A stretch of 60,457 nt of DNA, the filler included, from Sphacelaria rigidula (lineage: Eukaryota), in NCBI GenBank assembly GCA_964200075.2. It is 10 parts of 10 records of this genome, joined end to end, with 100 filler letters (N's around TTAATTAATTAA, not from the genome) between each part and the next. Parts side by side here need not be neighbours in the genome. Positions count along the whole stretch, not along the records: positions 30,281 to 36,236 come from CAXNAA020023233.1; positions 36,337 to 42,292 come from CAXNAA020023234.1; positions 42,393 to 48,347 come from CAXNAA020023235.1; positions 48,448 to 54,402 come from CAXNAA020023236.1; 6 more parts are not named here. One strand, given 5' to 3'. The notes under the pieces were generated by a model. That model was not told where the DNA came from, did not search any database, and saw only the letters and a program-made list of their open reading frames with translations. Position 1 is the stretch's first letter; every line of letters begins with the position of its first letter. A program made the position numbers and the translations under genes. Positions 35,816 to 48,889 of the stretch are shown here, piece after piece.

Positions 35816-38800
35816 CAGCCGTGTAGCGGGGAAGAGATGGACCGATCCCTTGATAGTATGGACTCATACCAGGGAAGGGGAGAGAGTAGAAACGTGACTT
35901 GAAAAACTGAAAGAAAAATGTAGAAGACGGATCGCTCCTCGCTCCAAGAGTCCGAACCGCATCACCCGTGCTATCGCGTGTACCTGAGTCCGAAGCCCCG
36001 CCATCATCATCTGTGTTGTCGTTTGACTCGGGCCTACTATACAGGGACAGATTCCAGTCGAAAGGAACAGGCGTCGACTGCCCGACGTCGATAACGCTTG
36101 ACGCCAGTTCCGACATCAACGCCGTATGATATTGGTTCGCCGACAACCCCTCCGGCAGCTCACCTGTGTTATTAGACGATATATTGGCGTATAGTACGGT
36201 GCGTTCAGCCTCCATTAATGATGAGATGGGAAAGCANNNNNNNNNNNNNNNNNNNNNNNNNNNNNNNNNNNNNNNNNNNNTTAATTAATTAANNNNNNNN
36301 NNNNNNNNNNNNNNNNNNNNNNNNNNNNNNNNNNNNCTCGTACTCTGGGAGTGGAAGTCAATGCACGTACGTCACCTCAAAAAAATCGGGGGAGTCACGA
36401 TCTCGGAACGATTTTCCCCTGATTTTTTTTCGAAAAATGGGGGAAAACCGTTCCGAGATCGTGACCTTCCGATTTTTCCGGCGCCGACTTGGTCCAAATC
36501 CATGTCCATAGAGTGCGTTCCCCGATTTTTTGTCCCTCCAATTTTGAAAAAATCAAGATTCGTGCTTGCAATAAAAGTGGGTCTGAGACTGCGGGTTAGC
36601 CCGATGGTTTCCCAACTGAGAGAACGCGTTTTTGTGTCGCAGTTTTTTTGTGCCACAACAGTTTTGGGTATTTTCCTATATTGCAAAAATCCATAATTCT
36701 TGAGCCAGAAGCAAAAAGGTTGTTTCCAGATCTTCACTCTGTTCGCTCGTTTGCCATCACGAGTAAAAGCGGTCTTCAACAGCTCCAAAAAACCAAGGAG
36801 AGCAATAGTTCAACAAGCAATATAGGAACATCTCGCCGGGCCCAGCTTAGAGGAAACTGAGAAGAAGAGAAAAAACGGAGGGGAACATGAGGAAAACGCT
36901 AGACTAACCTCTATTATTACCGGTTCCTAGGAAGCACCTGACAGGCCCTTGCCGCACGACACCGTGGGTGAAGAGAACGTGCAGAACATATACTCGTACA
37001 CAAACACCGAACACACATATTTTTGACGCGGGGCATTTGCGTTGGACATGTCATGCACATCCCTCGCCCAAGGGTTCCCGGCTTGCCTTGGATTGGGGCG
37101 CCATGGTATTGATTATACGACATCAGAGAGTGCGCCAACCATCGCCTATTTTTGCCGAAGTTTAGGTAGAGCGGCTTTGAGGCAACGACCTTTCCCGTGG
37201 GGGTGTTGAAACTATCTCGGATCCCAGGCGACAGGGAACGGCGGCCAACTGGCGCATGGGCACCCACCCACTCACAGAAGATATACCCCTCGACCGTCAA
37301 ATCGAGGTCTGTTGAATTGACATCACACGTACATATACTTGTACTCGAAAAATTAGGGTGGGAAGGGCATTTGCCACGAATACCCCCTAATATAGTTTGA
37401 GATCTTCACTGCCGGAGGATTTGTATACGAAAACCAGTATATTGAAGTGGGTTCATTGGCACACATGAACATCGAAGCAGTTGCAGTTGAATCGACGGCT
37501 TCGCACATAATACACGGTGAAGTTTGTACATGGGAGGTGATGTGGACTGGGGCCGTACCATGACTGCCAAAACAGTGGATATCGTGACGACAAGACAATA
37601 TTTCATCAGGAACACGTGTCTAATCTCGCACCATTCCACGCCGGAGTCTCGGCGGGCAACACGTCGACAACAATGACATGGTACTGGATAATATGATAGT
37701 AAATAATGGCTGCGCCTTAGGCGGCGCCACGTCAAACTCCTGGCAAGGTAGGCCAAACAGTCGAGCGATAACACATGGTGGAGAGGTCGAGGACGAGGTC
37801 GCCGTGGGAAACCAAGCTCGAGCCATGTCGTGCAAGATTTCGGAACAACAATCTTGCCGCCATTTTCACATGCAACATCCACTCCCCCCTCAGCTTTAAA
37901 GTCGAGGGCACTCGGGGCTTGGAGGGGACGGTGTGGCGTCTCGAGAGTGCCCATGAGATTTTGTGAAGAATGCGAGCGGTGAGGGCAGAAGAAAATGGGC
38001 GTTTTACGACCACCACTTTTCTTCACCAGGCTCCATGGTTGAGCAGCTCACTACGTGTGAGCATCACTGCGTGCGCTGCTACACCGTATAATCGTATGCA
38101 GCAGAACTTCCCGTGCGCGCTTCACCAGTCAAAGGTGCCAAGAATGACTTGGACGGAGAAACAAATGCCACCAAAGTTTGCATTTACAACCCCATCGCGC
38201 TACTGCACTCACATCCAAACTCGGTCCGCTGTTGAGATAGACGGGCCGTTCGAAGCATCTTAGTTTCGTTTCATGAAAGAAGACGATATTCGGCATAGGA
38301 AATGGGCGAATTGAAGCTGAACAACGAGCTGCGCACACACAATCTTCGTGTATAGAAACAAGGAACAAATGGCTCAGGATTAACCTCACCCTGGACGACC
38401 AGACTGCCGTTTGCAGTAGCCGGCCAGAACAAGAGCTGCGTTCGTCACACACATGGGTGGATCATACACTCCAGCTAATGTGCAATGTACTTAATATTGT
38501 TGGTGGCAGTGGTGTCCGACTCGTACATGATCTCGCGGGGGCTTTGACTCGGGAGTATTTCATGTCCACAAATGACGGCTAGTTAGTTTGTCCTTAGAGC
38601 TCATCCCTTGTAAACCATTAAAGGTTTGGCTCTGGTGTTGGGTTGCGACAGGACACAGTACTGAACAGTACAGTCAGTCACATCCACGTCGGCAAAGTTC
38701 GTCACCCACTTACTTTTGACATCAATTTATTCATCGTCACGACATACTTGCAAAGCAATAAACGGGGCATGAGAGGGACATGCAATCATGATGCGGCCTG

Positions 38801-39727
38801 AGGACACAACTGCTTGGAAGCTGCGACCACCACAGACACGGCAACGAGACTGCTGTACCGCAAACACATCGTGAGTCATGATGATACGCTCTGTGAACGA
38901 GTAAGAACATTTCATAATATATTTTGAAAAACTTTTCACATACAGATCATTCTGCCACTGGCCCATGTTCATTCTCCTCCTGACAATAAAATATGCCCGC
39001 AGATTTGTACTTGTGTACGTCATGCGGTGCTTTTGTACACACCACTTCGTACCCCCATTTATTCGTAACGAGCTGTCGGATCATGTAAGAAAGTGCAACA
39101 TTGCCGTTGGTCTGCGCTGCTGAACCGCACTGTTGTTGTACTTCTGCATTTGAACTATCCTAACTGCTGCATTTGAATCATCTCACTCCAGTCTGACTCC
39201 ACTTGTTGTTGCCGTGCTTTGATGAGCTGGAGAAGGGATTGTATTTCGATCACGATGTCATTAACATGGCGAAAAAAAGCGCCTGTCGATACAGACAGGA
39301 AGGCAGCTAGTTTTCAGTTCAACCTCTCGATGAATAGCAATCAAGCTTGCCTACCACATGCCTATGTTGTGCATGATCCGCGCGAGTTCAGTGGAGCGAG
39401 CGAGCGAGAGCATCGCACCACGTCACACCACAGAGCTCGATCACTACCATGCCACGCTATTCGTTTCTGTAAAATCCTACCGTGGTAGCAAACGGATGAT
39501 CATTTTCTCCCTATCCCCCCCTCTGTTCCCGCTCTGCCTCTCTCCCGTACTCCATGTTGCTGGCTCCTCGTCTCTACTTCCACTTGGATTCTTTCGTGCA
39601 AATAAATGTTGTTCCTCGAGAAAAGCACCGCGCAAAATTCATCATTTTTCATCACCATCCCATATTCATTTCACCACAACCGTCAATCGAACAACTTTGT
39701 TGCAATTTCTAGCGAGCACACAACAAG

Positions 39728-39978
39728 ATGACGAATACCCAGACACTGAACCCACGGCTACCACGGCATTATGTTTATTACGCACCTTCCGTGGCCATCG
39801 CTCCTCCCGATGCTGCCGTCGCGGCCCCCTCGTTATCCTGTTCCCCCTGCTGCTGTCCGTTCGCAGTGGTTCCATCAGGGTCTGGATCGTCTTCTGTCAG
39901 AATCCCGTCGCCGCTGCTCGCACGTACCACACCATCGGCATCCGCACCAGTGGCGCCTAAGCCCTGTCCGTCTAGCAG
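39728..39978 (+). CDS. Possible first coding exon of an unknown P/S/A-rich protein
   Basis: CAACAAG-ATG context, GC-rich open frame, ends at CAG|GTGATC. No recognisable domain. Confidence 0.25.
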
Positions 39979-42900
39979 GTGATCCACACTGGCCAATTGC
40001 ATCTGCATGTCCATTACACCATCCATGTTTAGCTTTGTCTACAGTATGTTTGTATTGTTGTCTATGTGGAGCGGTCCATCAAATCGTGTCGAGTGTCCAA
40101 CTGAGAGCGGTTTTCGGATATGTATCTCATTGAAATATGTCATTATCAGGTATGGAGAACTCGGATCTTGTATCTTTTTTGCGCCTGAAATATTTACCCA
40201 CCAGAAACAGATGTGCGTGCTGTTGTGTCAGTCTTTTTACATCTAAGAGAGAGAAATTACTGATTAATAATGGAAGAACACATTTATTGAAAAATAAAAA
40301 GGGAAACATTACATTACATCAATCGTGCTGGTTTATTTTCCGCCTGTCCGATCTTCTACATGTGAATCATTCGACTACGGATCTGATTAGAATTAAAAAT
40401 GGCAACTATGGTGAAAGAAGAACTATCACAGAGGGCGATGAAAAGCAAAAGATTGAACGGAACGAGCATAAACGAGTGCGTCATGGAGGCCGTGGAAGTG
40501 CCGGAGGTATGCGCCGATGTAGCCATAGTGACATATTCCCTGTATGCTACATTTCCCATACCCTTACCCGGCTGATATACTATGCTGCACTCTAGTGTAG
40601 TCTACAGTTGTCTCACTATGCACTACACGGACAGTGGTGTTCGTTGCAGTTGCCGTGACATTTTCAAAGTCAGCACAGCACTTACATTACATCAATCACT
40701 ACTTCAGTCAGCACAGCATCATTGAACTATCCTGTACCACCGTGTATAACTGACATATCTCACCCTTGGGCAGGGACTACCTGTGCCAATTGTAAACAAT
40801 CACCCGTTGAAGGTCGAGCAATCTAAATGTTATTCTCGTCCCGAGTGGTCCAACATGCGGTAGTCAGTACAGGCGAGGACAACAGTGGAGTACGTGATAT
40901 ACAGACGACACAGCTGGCGGTGGTACAAACAACAGTAGGAGAGTCTACTCATTACAGTATAGGTCGCTGGCGACGCTGAGCGCACCCCGAATTTGATCGA
41001 AGATGCATTTTTTGTGCGTTCACCCGTCTGTTTTTCCGGTGCCTGTTGGACCTGTGCCTCTGCGTACGTGTGCGTCTTGTTGTAATCGTTGTCCGGAGAC
41101 CTACCATAGGTTGAATCATGAGCGCTATTCATTCAAGTATCAGGTCAAATCCCCCCCAAAATAGTCATTTTGGTGGTATTATAGATAAAATGCCTCGGGT
41201 GCTCCCTAAACAATTGACATACAATACAGTCGGTACTACCGATGCAAGTTGAGGATCCGAAGTCCAGCCGTGCTTGAGCCGTGTGATTTTTTTTACTTTG
41301 GGGATATATTGTGCACCTCTTGGCTTGAGTCCGATCTAGTTCGTCGCTCATCTTCCTGTTTGCGATTGCCTCGGAGTTGTCTATGTACTATCCTTGCCGT
41401 GTATGCCCAACCTTTACTCTGGCAGAACTGACTTTTGTGGTCTGCCCACACCTTGCCGTTGCATTTACAGCACGTGTTCACTGTCATACACCTAACCAGG
41501 TCGTATCTGACAGTTTGGTACTTCGTTGTACAGTAGAAAGGAGCCAATTACTGTACTTTTTGATCCCTTACAGTCAGTATGAGGTATCTCAAACTCGAGG
41601 TTCTCGCTGCAAAGGTATTCAACAATAATTTACTATTGAATAGATGGGGAACCTCGAGTTTGAGGTACCCCTGATGCGAGCTGGGCCGGCCATCAGTGAT
41701 TTTTGAACGTGAAGTGGAGATGCGATTGGCAATTGGAAGAGTTGGGCGCTGAAATTTTGACACAACATTTCTATCATCAATCCGCGCAACCCTGTACAGT
41801 AAGTGGAGTCCAGGAAGAAAAAAAACAGGAAGTTAATCCTTTGGGGACTGAAGCTCACGAACACCACGTTCACGACGTCTTAGTAAAATAATAATAAACA
41901 AGTCTGGGAGAGACCTGTCCAATCGGGGCGAGGCGAAATTTATCGACTACATCAAAACGACCAGTGGAGGGGAGGCTGTTGCCGGGAGTGATGTCACTGC
42001 AAAGTTGATGTACCCTGTCCCTGGCCCACAGAAAAGCCTTCGAAGCAAAGGAAAGCCTACATTCTCGGGGGCAAGATTCCCGATTTTTTCAGCTTTTACT
42101 TGCATTTTATCTACGGCCCGACCTCCCATCCCCCGATTTTTTTGGGTCACCATCCTGAAGTAAATCCTAGTTGATAGCACTAACATGTCATGCCCGAGGG
42201 AAATGCGGGAATAAATGTACCCCACTATATATGTGATCATGTTCACAAGGCGACTGAATCTGGCAACGCTGTGGGACGAGAGACGGAGCTAGNNNNNNNN
42301 NNNNNNNNNNNNNNNNNNNNNNNNNNNNNNNNNNNNTTAATTAATTAANNNNNNNNNNNNNNNNNNNNNNNNNNNNNNNNNNNNNNNNNNNNTTCACCAC
42401 CCCGATTTTTTTTTCTCTTGTATGGGATTTCGGAACCCACTCCCCCCCCCCCACCCCCACCCCCAAAAAAAACTCCAGGATTCGAAAAAAGGGCATAGGG
42501 TCTCGGGATTGTTTTTGGGCACTCTCGGGTGCACCCCCTAAGGACAAGGCTACGGTCGGCTGATGATCATGAACATGCATGAGAGGCGTTTTGTGCGGGA
42601 AGATAACCCGCTTAGCCCAGTACATGACGTTGCTCTTCGTTGGGTTGCCATTACTCCGCTGGCGTCGTGTGTGCGAAGTGTTGGTGCATATATGATACCG
42701 CTTTTTGTCATGAAGGTTCACCAATTTGTAGGTGTTTTTCATTTTCGTCCGGTTTAGAACCACTGAGTAGTATGTTGGGAGGGACACGTGAACGACAGCA
42801 GCAGTGGTCGAAGCCCAGTTTCGGGACGCGCGTTCGCTGTTTGCACTCTACGCTTGGGCTGAACGTTGCACACATATTCTGGTGTTCAACTTAGCAATTC

Positions 42901-44865
42901 GAAAATATGCATGGAAGCGTGACACACTCGTCTCATGCTCGAAGTTGAAGTACCCTTAACCCTGCTGTCCACGTGTGGGGAAGAAGCAAAAAAGTGTACG
43001 TACCCACCAAGTCCTTCAAGAATCGTACTATGAGTAGCATCCGCTAACTCGAGTATCCCTGTTGTCGCAGATGGTGGACATGTGTGGGTAATTGTTTGAT
43101 GAAGCTACAACGCCGCCCCCGAAAAGACCCCGGCCACCCTGTTGCAGTACACAGACGTTATCAGCGCTGTCTGCTGAAGAGAGTGAACGGAAAGAAAAAC
43201 TAGGGCTGGTCAAAGATTCCGGCGGAATCAAAACCTGGGCAAGTCACTAAGTTTGCCAACAGCGAGCAAGAACTCGAGACATGGAAGTCTAAAGCTCCGC
43301 GTTTCGTTTTCTATTGCACGGCTTTCTCTATAACAAGCAAAGGTTATATTTGGTTGGTTAGATTGATTGTGGCACATTTAGGGATCCCCAAGGGATGTAG
43401 TCGTCACAACATGGCTGTACACAAGGTTAACAAATCGGAACATTTTCTGAAGGAACCTCCAAGTGGGAAATATATGTCGAACAGACAGTACACTGAAATA
43501 AAAACGAAAGGAAAAAAATAATCGGTCCCGATGAACGTTGATCATAAAGGAAGCAAGAAATGACCGGCCCATGAAGCGTTGCTTCACGTGCATCGGGGCG
43601 TGCGCGAAACGCACAACGATATAGGCTGGGCCGGCCAGAAAGAAACGTTTTATTCTAGATGGTGACATGGTATCAACAACCCCGAGTTGAGGCAAGCTGG
43701 GCATATTGTTGTAATAGACGGATCAAAGCGGTCGCGTTTACATTTGGAGACTGTAGTGTCAAATTCGACCAAACTTTCTGAGCGTGCACCTTCTGATGCG
43801 ACAAAAAGCGGTAAAGGTGTTACTCCGTTGGTCATGGACCTTCGAACGACTCACCGTCGGAATGATATCAAATTCTCATGTCCGTTGGTTCGCATGCGGA
43901 TCGGCTCCAAAGGAGTATCTGCAAGTATCGCCACGGGGCGCCAACCTGTTCGAGCTAGTACCTGTACTTTTGACATGTGATCGACAAGGTCATTTCCGAC
44001 GACACATTGTCTCGAAACCCTGAGTTTGGCTTCGTTGAGATGCGACGAATCATCATGATGACGAATTCGAGTGATCGGTCGTTTTTCGACGGATCGAAGC
44101 AACTCAAGGTTTCAAGCCAAGAATCGGAAAGTAAGTTGTCTATGACGTTTCGAATATTGAGGTTCCAAGTCGAGAGGGTTGACTCCGCGTGACGATGTCG
44201 GCGAATACCCATATCTTTTTACATGAAACAAGAGCAATAGCCCGTTGAAGCAGACTGCGGCTCCGCTATCTTAGAGTCATACTATTTGGGCATGAGGCCT
44301 CACCCACGAGCCCCACGGAAGCGGAGCACAAACACTGCTGGAGTGCAACATGAAAATATATAAAAAACGTAGAACTGGGCGTACGAAAGATTGAAGAATT
44401 GTGCTGAACTATTTTCGGAGAGTGCAGCAAGTCTTTCCGAGGCGCATGTGGATACCATCTTATGTACTTGTTTCATCATCCTCACTAGGCTCCCTTGGAG
44501 GAACTGTTCGATATTGAAATATGTTGGGGCGGGCGCAAGGATTTGAGTCCCGGCAGACACCTTTCTTTGTTAAAATGTGTATGGTTTGTGCCGTTGAAAA
44601 CATGACGCGAGTAGCAAAAACAAGTTTGCCGTTGAGAATCGATGCGATGCGAGAATGGTGATGGTCATAATCCCATCCGCGATACCAAAGTGTCAGGTAT
44701 ACACCAGGTAGACAGCATTGCTGATATTATGATACAATAGCGTAATGAAGGGGCATACCTGACCCGCGTGCAAGAGCTGATCGTTGCTGTCATGATGTCT
44801 GTTGTTGAGTGATGAGCGGTGCGTTTGCCTTGGTCCCTTTTGCATGATCTCCTCCCTTCGCTCAG

Positions 44866-44937
44866 GCGCCATCCCCTCTGAGCTCGGTCGTCTAGGTCGT
44901 CTTCAACGGCTGGACCTGAGCTATAACAAACTCTCAG
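44866..44937 (+). CDS. Single 72-nt leucine-rich-repeat exon, (G)AIPSELGRLGRLQRLDLSYNKLS(G)
   Basis: Matches the 24-aa GxIPxxLxxLxxLxxLxLxxNxLx LRR consensus. Pyrimidine tract plus CAG acceptor; symmetric phase 1; donor CAG|GCGAGT (GC type). Confidence 0.88.
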
Positions 44938-47650
44938 GCGAGTAGAGTTCCAGAGAGTGATGCGTGCAGGAAAGGATTGATTCGTTTCTCCTCATTCGTG
45001 GTGTTATGAGCTACTCAAGTCTCCGACATGAAGAACGATTTTTGCTCTTCAATTCTGTCGACACTACACTACTCGGAGACGACAGTCGTTGTGTAACATG
45101 TGCGTCGATCCACCTTATCTGTCGAGTGCGTTACTTCTGGTGGATCACGTCCAAGCGAGTCGTCCCTGTTGCATGCACGTGTCTCATCTGACCACAGCGA
45201 GATGCCTCCGTGGCATGGGCTTTTTGGCGTTCACGAATCAGACCAGATATCGCGATCATGATATATGTTGCGGGTCCCTACATGACCCCACGTGACGTTC
45301 ATTTGACGACCAGTGATTTTTTTTTAGTGAAGCTGTGGCAGCATTTAGTTGAGTGCTAGGCTACTGCAAGTGAATTGCAATAACGAGTGTACTCGGAGAC
45401 TTGCATACCTGTATTGAGCAGAACCCATATCTTTGCACGGCGAGGATAGTCAGGGTGATACACTATCGATCTCACTCGATATCTACTGTAGTCCTGTGTA
45501 GTTCACCAAAAGCGCATGCTACCATACTCGGAACGTAACTGAGATATAACGAGGAAAATAGACCGTGCTTGATGTCCGGCGTGGTTATCTCCATTTGTTG
45601 ATGAACCTACCGCCCTTAGCAGCGTCGAGCGTGTGTCGCAATAAGCTGTGCATGTCGGATTGTTGGCGATATTGGGCCGCGTCTGATGTAATTGCTTTTT
45701 TGTCATTGTGTCGTATCGTTCAATATCCTAGTCCGGGGGAGCATGCTGAGTACGAGTAACTTTCGTTTTTGTGGCTCCTTGTTGGTAGCAAAACGGCAAG
45801 CTGTGGCGCTTTATTTGATACGAGGTCTGCATGAAGGTAGATGTGGAAGGTGGAGAAGTGCATGTGTCTCTGAAGAAGCTCGGTTTTTCACTGCAGACTT
45901 TCTGTCCTCGTCAGTGCAGATGAATCAAACCGAGCACCGTTTTGGCGTTGTCGCTATAATAGCTATGCTGTGGCTTCATGTTTTATAACCGTGTTGGACG
46001 AGAACACTGGGGACGGACAAAAACATGTACACAGGACAGGACAATGTAATTTTACCGTTATTCCCAAATAAGTAGCGATGCTAAAAGCTGGAAACAGGCT
46101 AGTTCATCCGTTTTCTCTGCCCGATAACAATGATACTTCACATGATTTCCACTTGCAGAGCACACCTTCACATGGCCGTCTTCCTAACGGTTGGTTCCGG
46201 GAGGACAAAAGAAAAATGCAGCACTTCACCTAAGGTTTGGTTTATTTTGTTTCCGTGTGCGTGGCACCAGTATATATACAACACTTGCCTCGAAAGTGTG
46301 TAACGATCCCGTCATGTAGGAAAGCGTGCCGATCACGAAGGAGAGTCCTGTGCACGAGGAATAAAAAGGTATGTTTGTCGCGTACATGCTTCGTGTTCTA
46401 CGGTGGCATGCCTTCACACGTTCGATATTTTTTTGTGGTTCACTTGGTGTCTACCGATCACACATATATATATATATATTTGCGGCCACGAGATGGTGGA
46501 GTTGTGCGATTCCGAAAATGAGCAGACTCGGGTATTGGCGTTGGAAGGTTTAAAAGGAAGTACGGGCCGCGTTTTCTTCATCTGCGACTGTCACCCAATA
46601 CTTTGTTGGTTACATATTTCTTACGATCCCACGTGGCTACTTTTTGTCAGACAGTTTGTGTACGAGCTAGGTCGGCCTCAAAACTGAAATTCCTTCCACC
46701 AGACATATCTCAAAAACCGCGGCATGTCAAAAAGTGAACGTATCCCTTTGATCGGTTGATGGCCACGCGTGTGCTTGGACAGCTCTTAGTATACTTGATG
46801 GTGTTGATCCAAGGGAAAAAGCGGTGTCCCAAAATATCCTGTTATGTGTATGAATGGAGGACGGTTTTGGGTACTCTTGTTGTGGTATGTTGTGCCAATA
46901 TTTCAATGCGGTTATCTCGGCAGTGGAGCGGAGGATTGGGCTGCGGTTTGTTGCGTGCGCTTTCCACGCACCCAATCTAGGTTGCGTCGTTCCGCGACTG
47001 CCTTCGTGCGTGATACTAAGCCGCACCGAACTAAAATGTACACGAAAAGTTGTTTTTTAGTTTGTGGGGCTTTTCGGATCCGCTGTAGCGAATTGAGCGA
47101 AGAGGTAACGGCTTGGCCTACGTGGCTGTTGTGTTTGCGGGGGGTTGTGCAGTGCCGCGGGCCGGCTTGCTTCCTGTATCGAGAAACTCGCGATAAAACG
47201 TGCTATAGCTGTCGCATACTAAAGCAAGTTGATCAGGGATGAAGCGTGTGTTCTTCTCGTGTTCTGCTTGGCAGAGGTGCGAGCACCTGATAACGTATTC
47301 ATTATTTCTCCGTGTTTTGGTTGATTATTTCCGGAGAAGGTTTGTTGAGTCTTGAGGGGCCCCCTTCACACCCACACCTGTCTCGAGTGCAGGGCAAAAC
47401 GGTGGTCTGATGGTCAGATTGGTACCGTCAGGGTGCCGAGGACAAGGGTTCGGTTTCGGTCAGACACGTTTTCTCCCTTCGAAATACATGATTTCCATCA
47501 GCGTATTAAGGTTGAGTACATGAGGAGACATGGGTTGTTCCCTTGAGACCACTAGACCGTGGACTCGTCGCGAGGGTGGCGGGAGATTTAGGGTGTGAAG
47601 GAAAGGAAAGTCATGTGTCAATCGAGAGTGGAAAACACAAAAGGTCTTGT

Positions 47651-48283
47651 GCCGTAATATACCAAGTTGAGTACAGCACGTGGCTAAACATTCGCCACGA
47701 GAAATATGCTCGCGATTCCGCCGCGTATGATCGCTATGATAGGCGATGAAATATTTTGGACGCCTGGCAAGCGTGAGGTTACCCGCTGGGTCTGCGGTAT
47801 CCACATGCGCGAGTCCCACACCCCTACCATGTGCCATGTACTTCTGTACTACACGTAGCATTCGCTTGGCTGCTGACACTCTCTTCGGACCAAAATCAAT
47901 GTTGGAACGTCATCGTCACATCAAAGCTGTCGTGGTACGTGGAAAAAACGCCCGTACTGTCCTCCGCGGGGTACCACTTTTGTTCGCAGCTCACCAAAGT
48001 TTTTTGCGCCGGGTTCGGCACCAGAAAGGTCCCGATATAGTACTGTTCGGAAAAAAGGCGTGGCAGCCAGGGAGGGTTAAGTGTGGTACAGAAAGTACAA
48101 GGCACCTGGTACGAGTGTGGGACTCGCGCTGCGGATACCGCCGACCCAGCGGGTAATCTAACGCTGCACATACGTCCAAAATATTTCATGGTGCCATCGT
48201 AGCTAACATACGGGGCAGAATCGTCGCCAGTCCATCCCTGCCAAATATTCGAGCACGTTCTGTACTTCATGTACAGTAACGGC
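47651..48283. mobile_element. Foldback/MITE-like imperfect palindrome (~630 bp)
   Basis: ~47668-47860 is the reverse complement of ~48075-48270 (for example ATGAAATATTTTGGACG and TTACCCGCTGGGTC). Confidence 0.75.
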
Positions 48284-48889
48284 CCGCTAGTAAGAAACTA
48301 AAAAATCGGCCTGAGGCTGGGTTTCTCATTTTCCTGGGAGCATGAGCNNNNNNNNNNNNNNNNNNNNNNNNNNNNNNNNNNNNNNNNNNNNTTAATTAAT
48401 TAANNNNNNNNNNNNNNNNNNNNNNNNNNNNNNNNNNNNNNNNNNNNATGATGAGGTTGTTGTTGCTGCTGTAGTTGGTGAGGGTGTTGCAGTTGAAGTT
48501 CACCTTGCTGCGATGATGGCTAGATCTAGTAGCTGGTGGCAGTTGCGGAGGATTGCGGGGGGTTGCGGGGAAATAGGATGCAGTGCGCGTAGCCTGCACC
48601 GCTGAAGTCGCTGCTATCTTCCAACACCCACCCGTCTTCTTCCGTTCCGTTCCACTGTTGTTCGTCGTGGCTGCTCTCTTCGTACCCCCCTTGGTCACCG
48701 TAAAGTTGCACGGTGTTGACCGATCCGTAGGAATGAGTCTAAGGGGGGGGCTGGTGTCCTCCGTGACGAGGTTGATTCTGGGTGGGATGCGCATGACGTA
48801 CCCCCGAATCGACTTGCGGCGTCACTACTCTACGCAATGGGCAAAAAGTATGCATGTGGCCCAGTTCGTCGCATGTGATGCATCGTTTA

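Noticed and set aside
35775..36215. 146-aa acidic minus-strand ORF as a gene
   Set aside because: It sits at a contig edge, runs into SINE sequence and has no recognisable domain.
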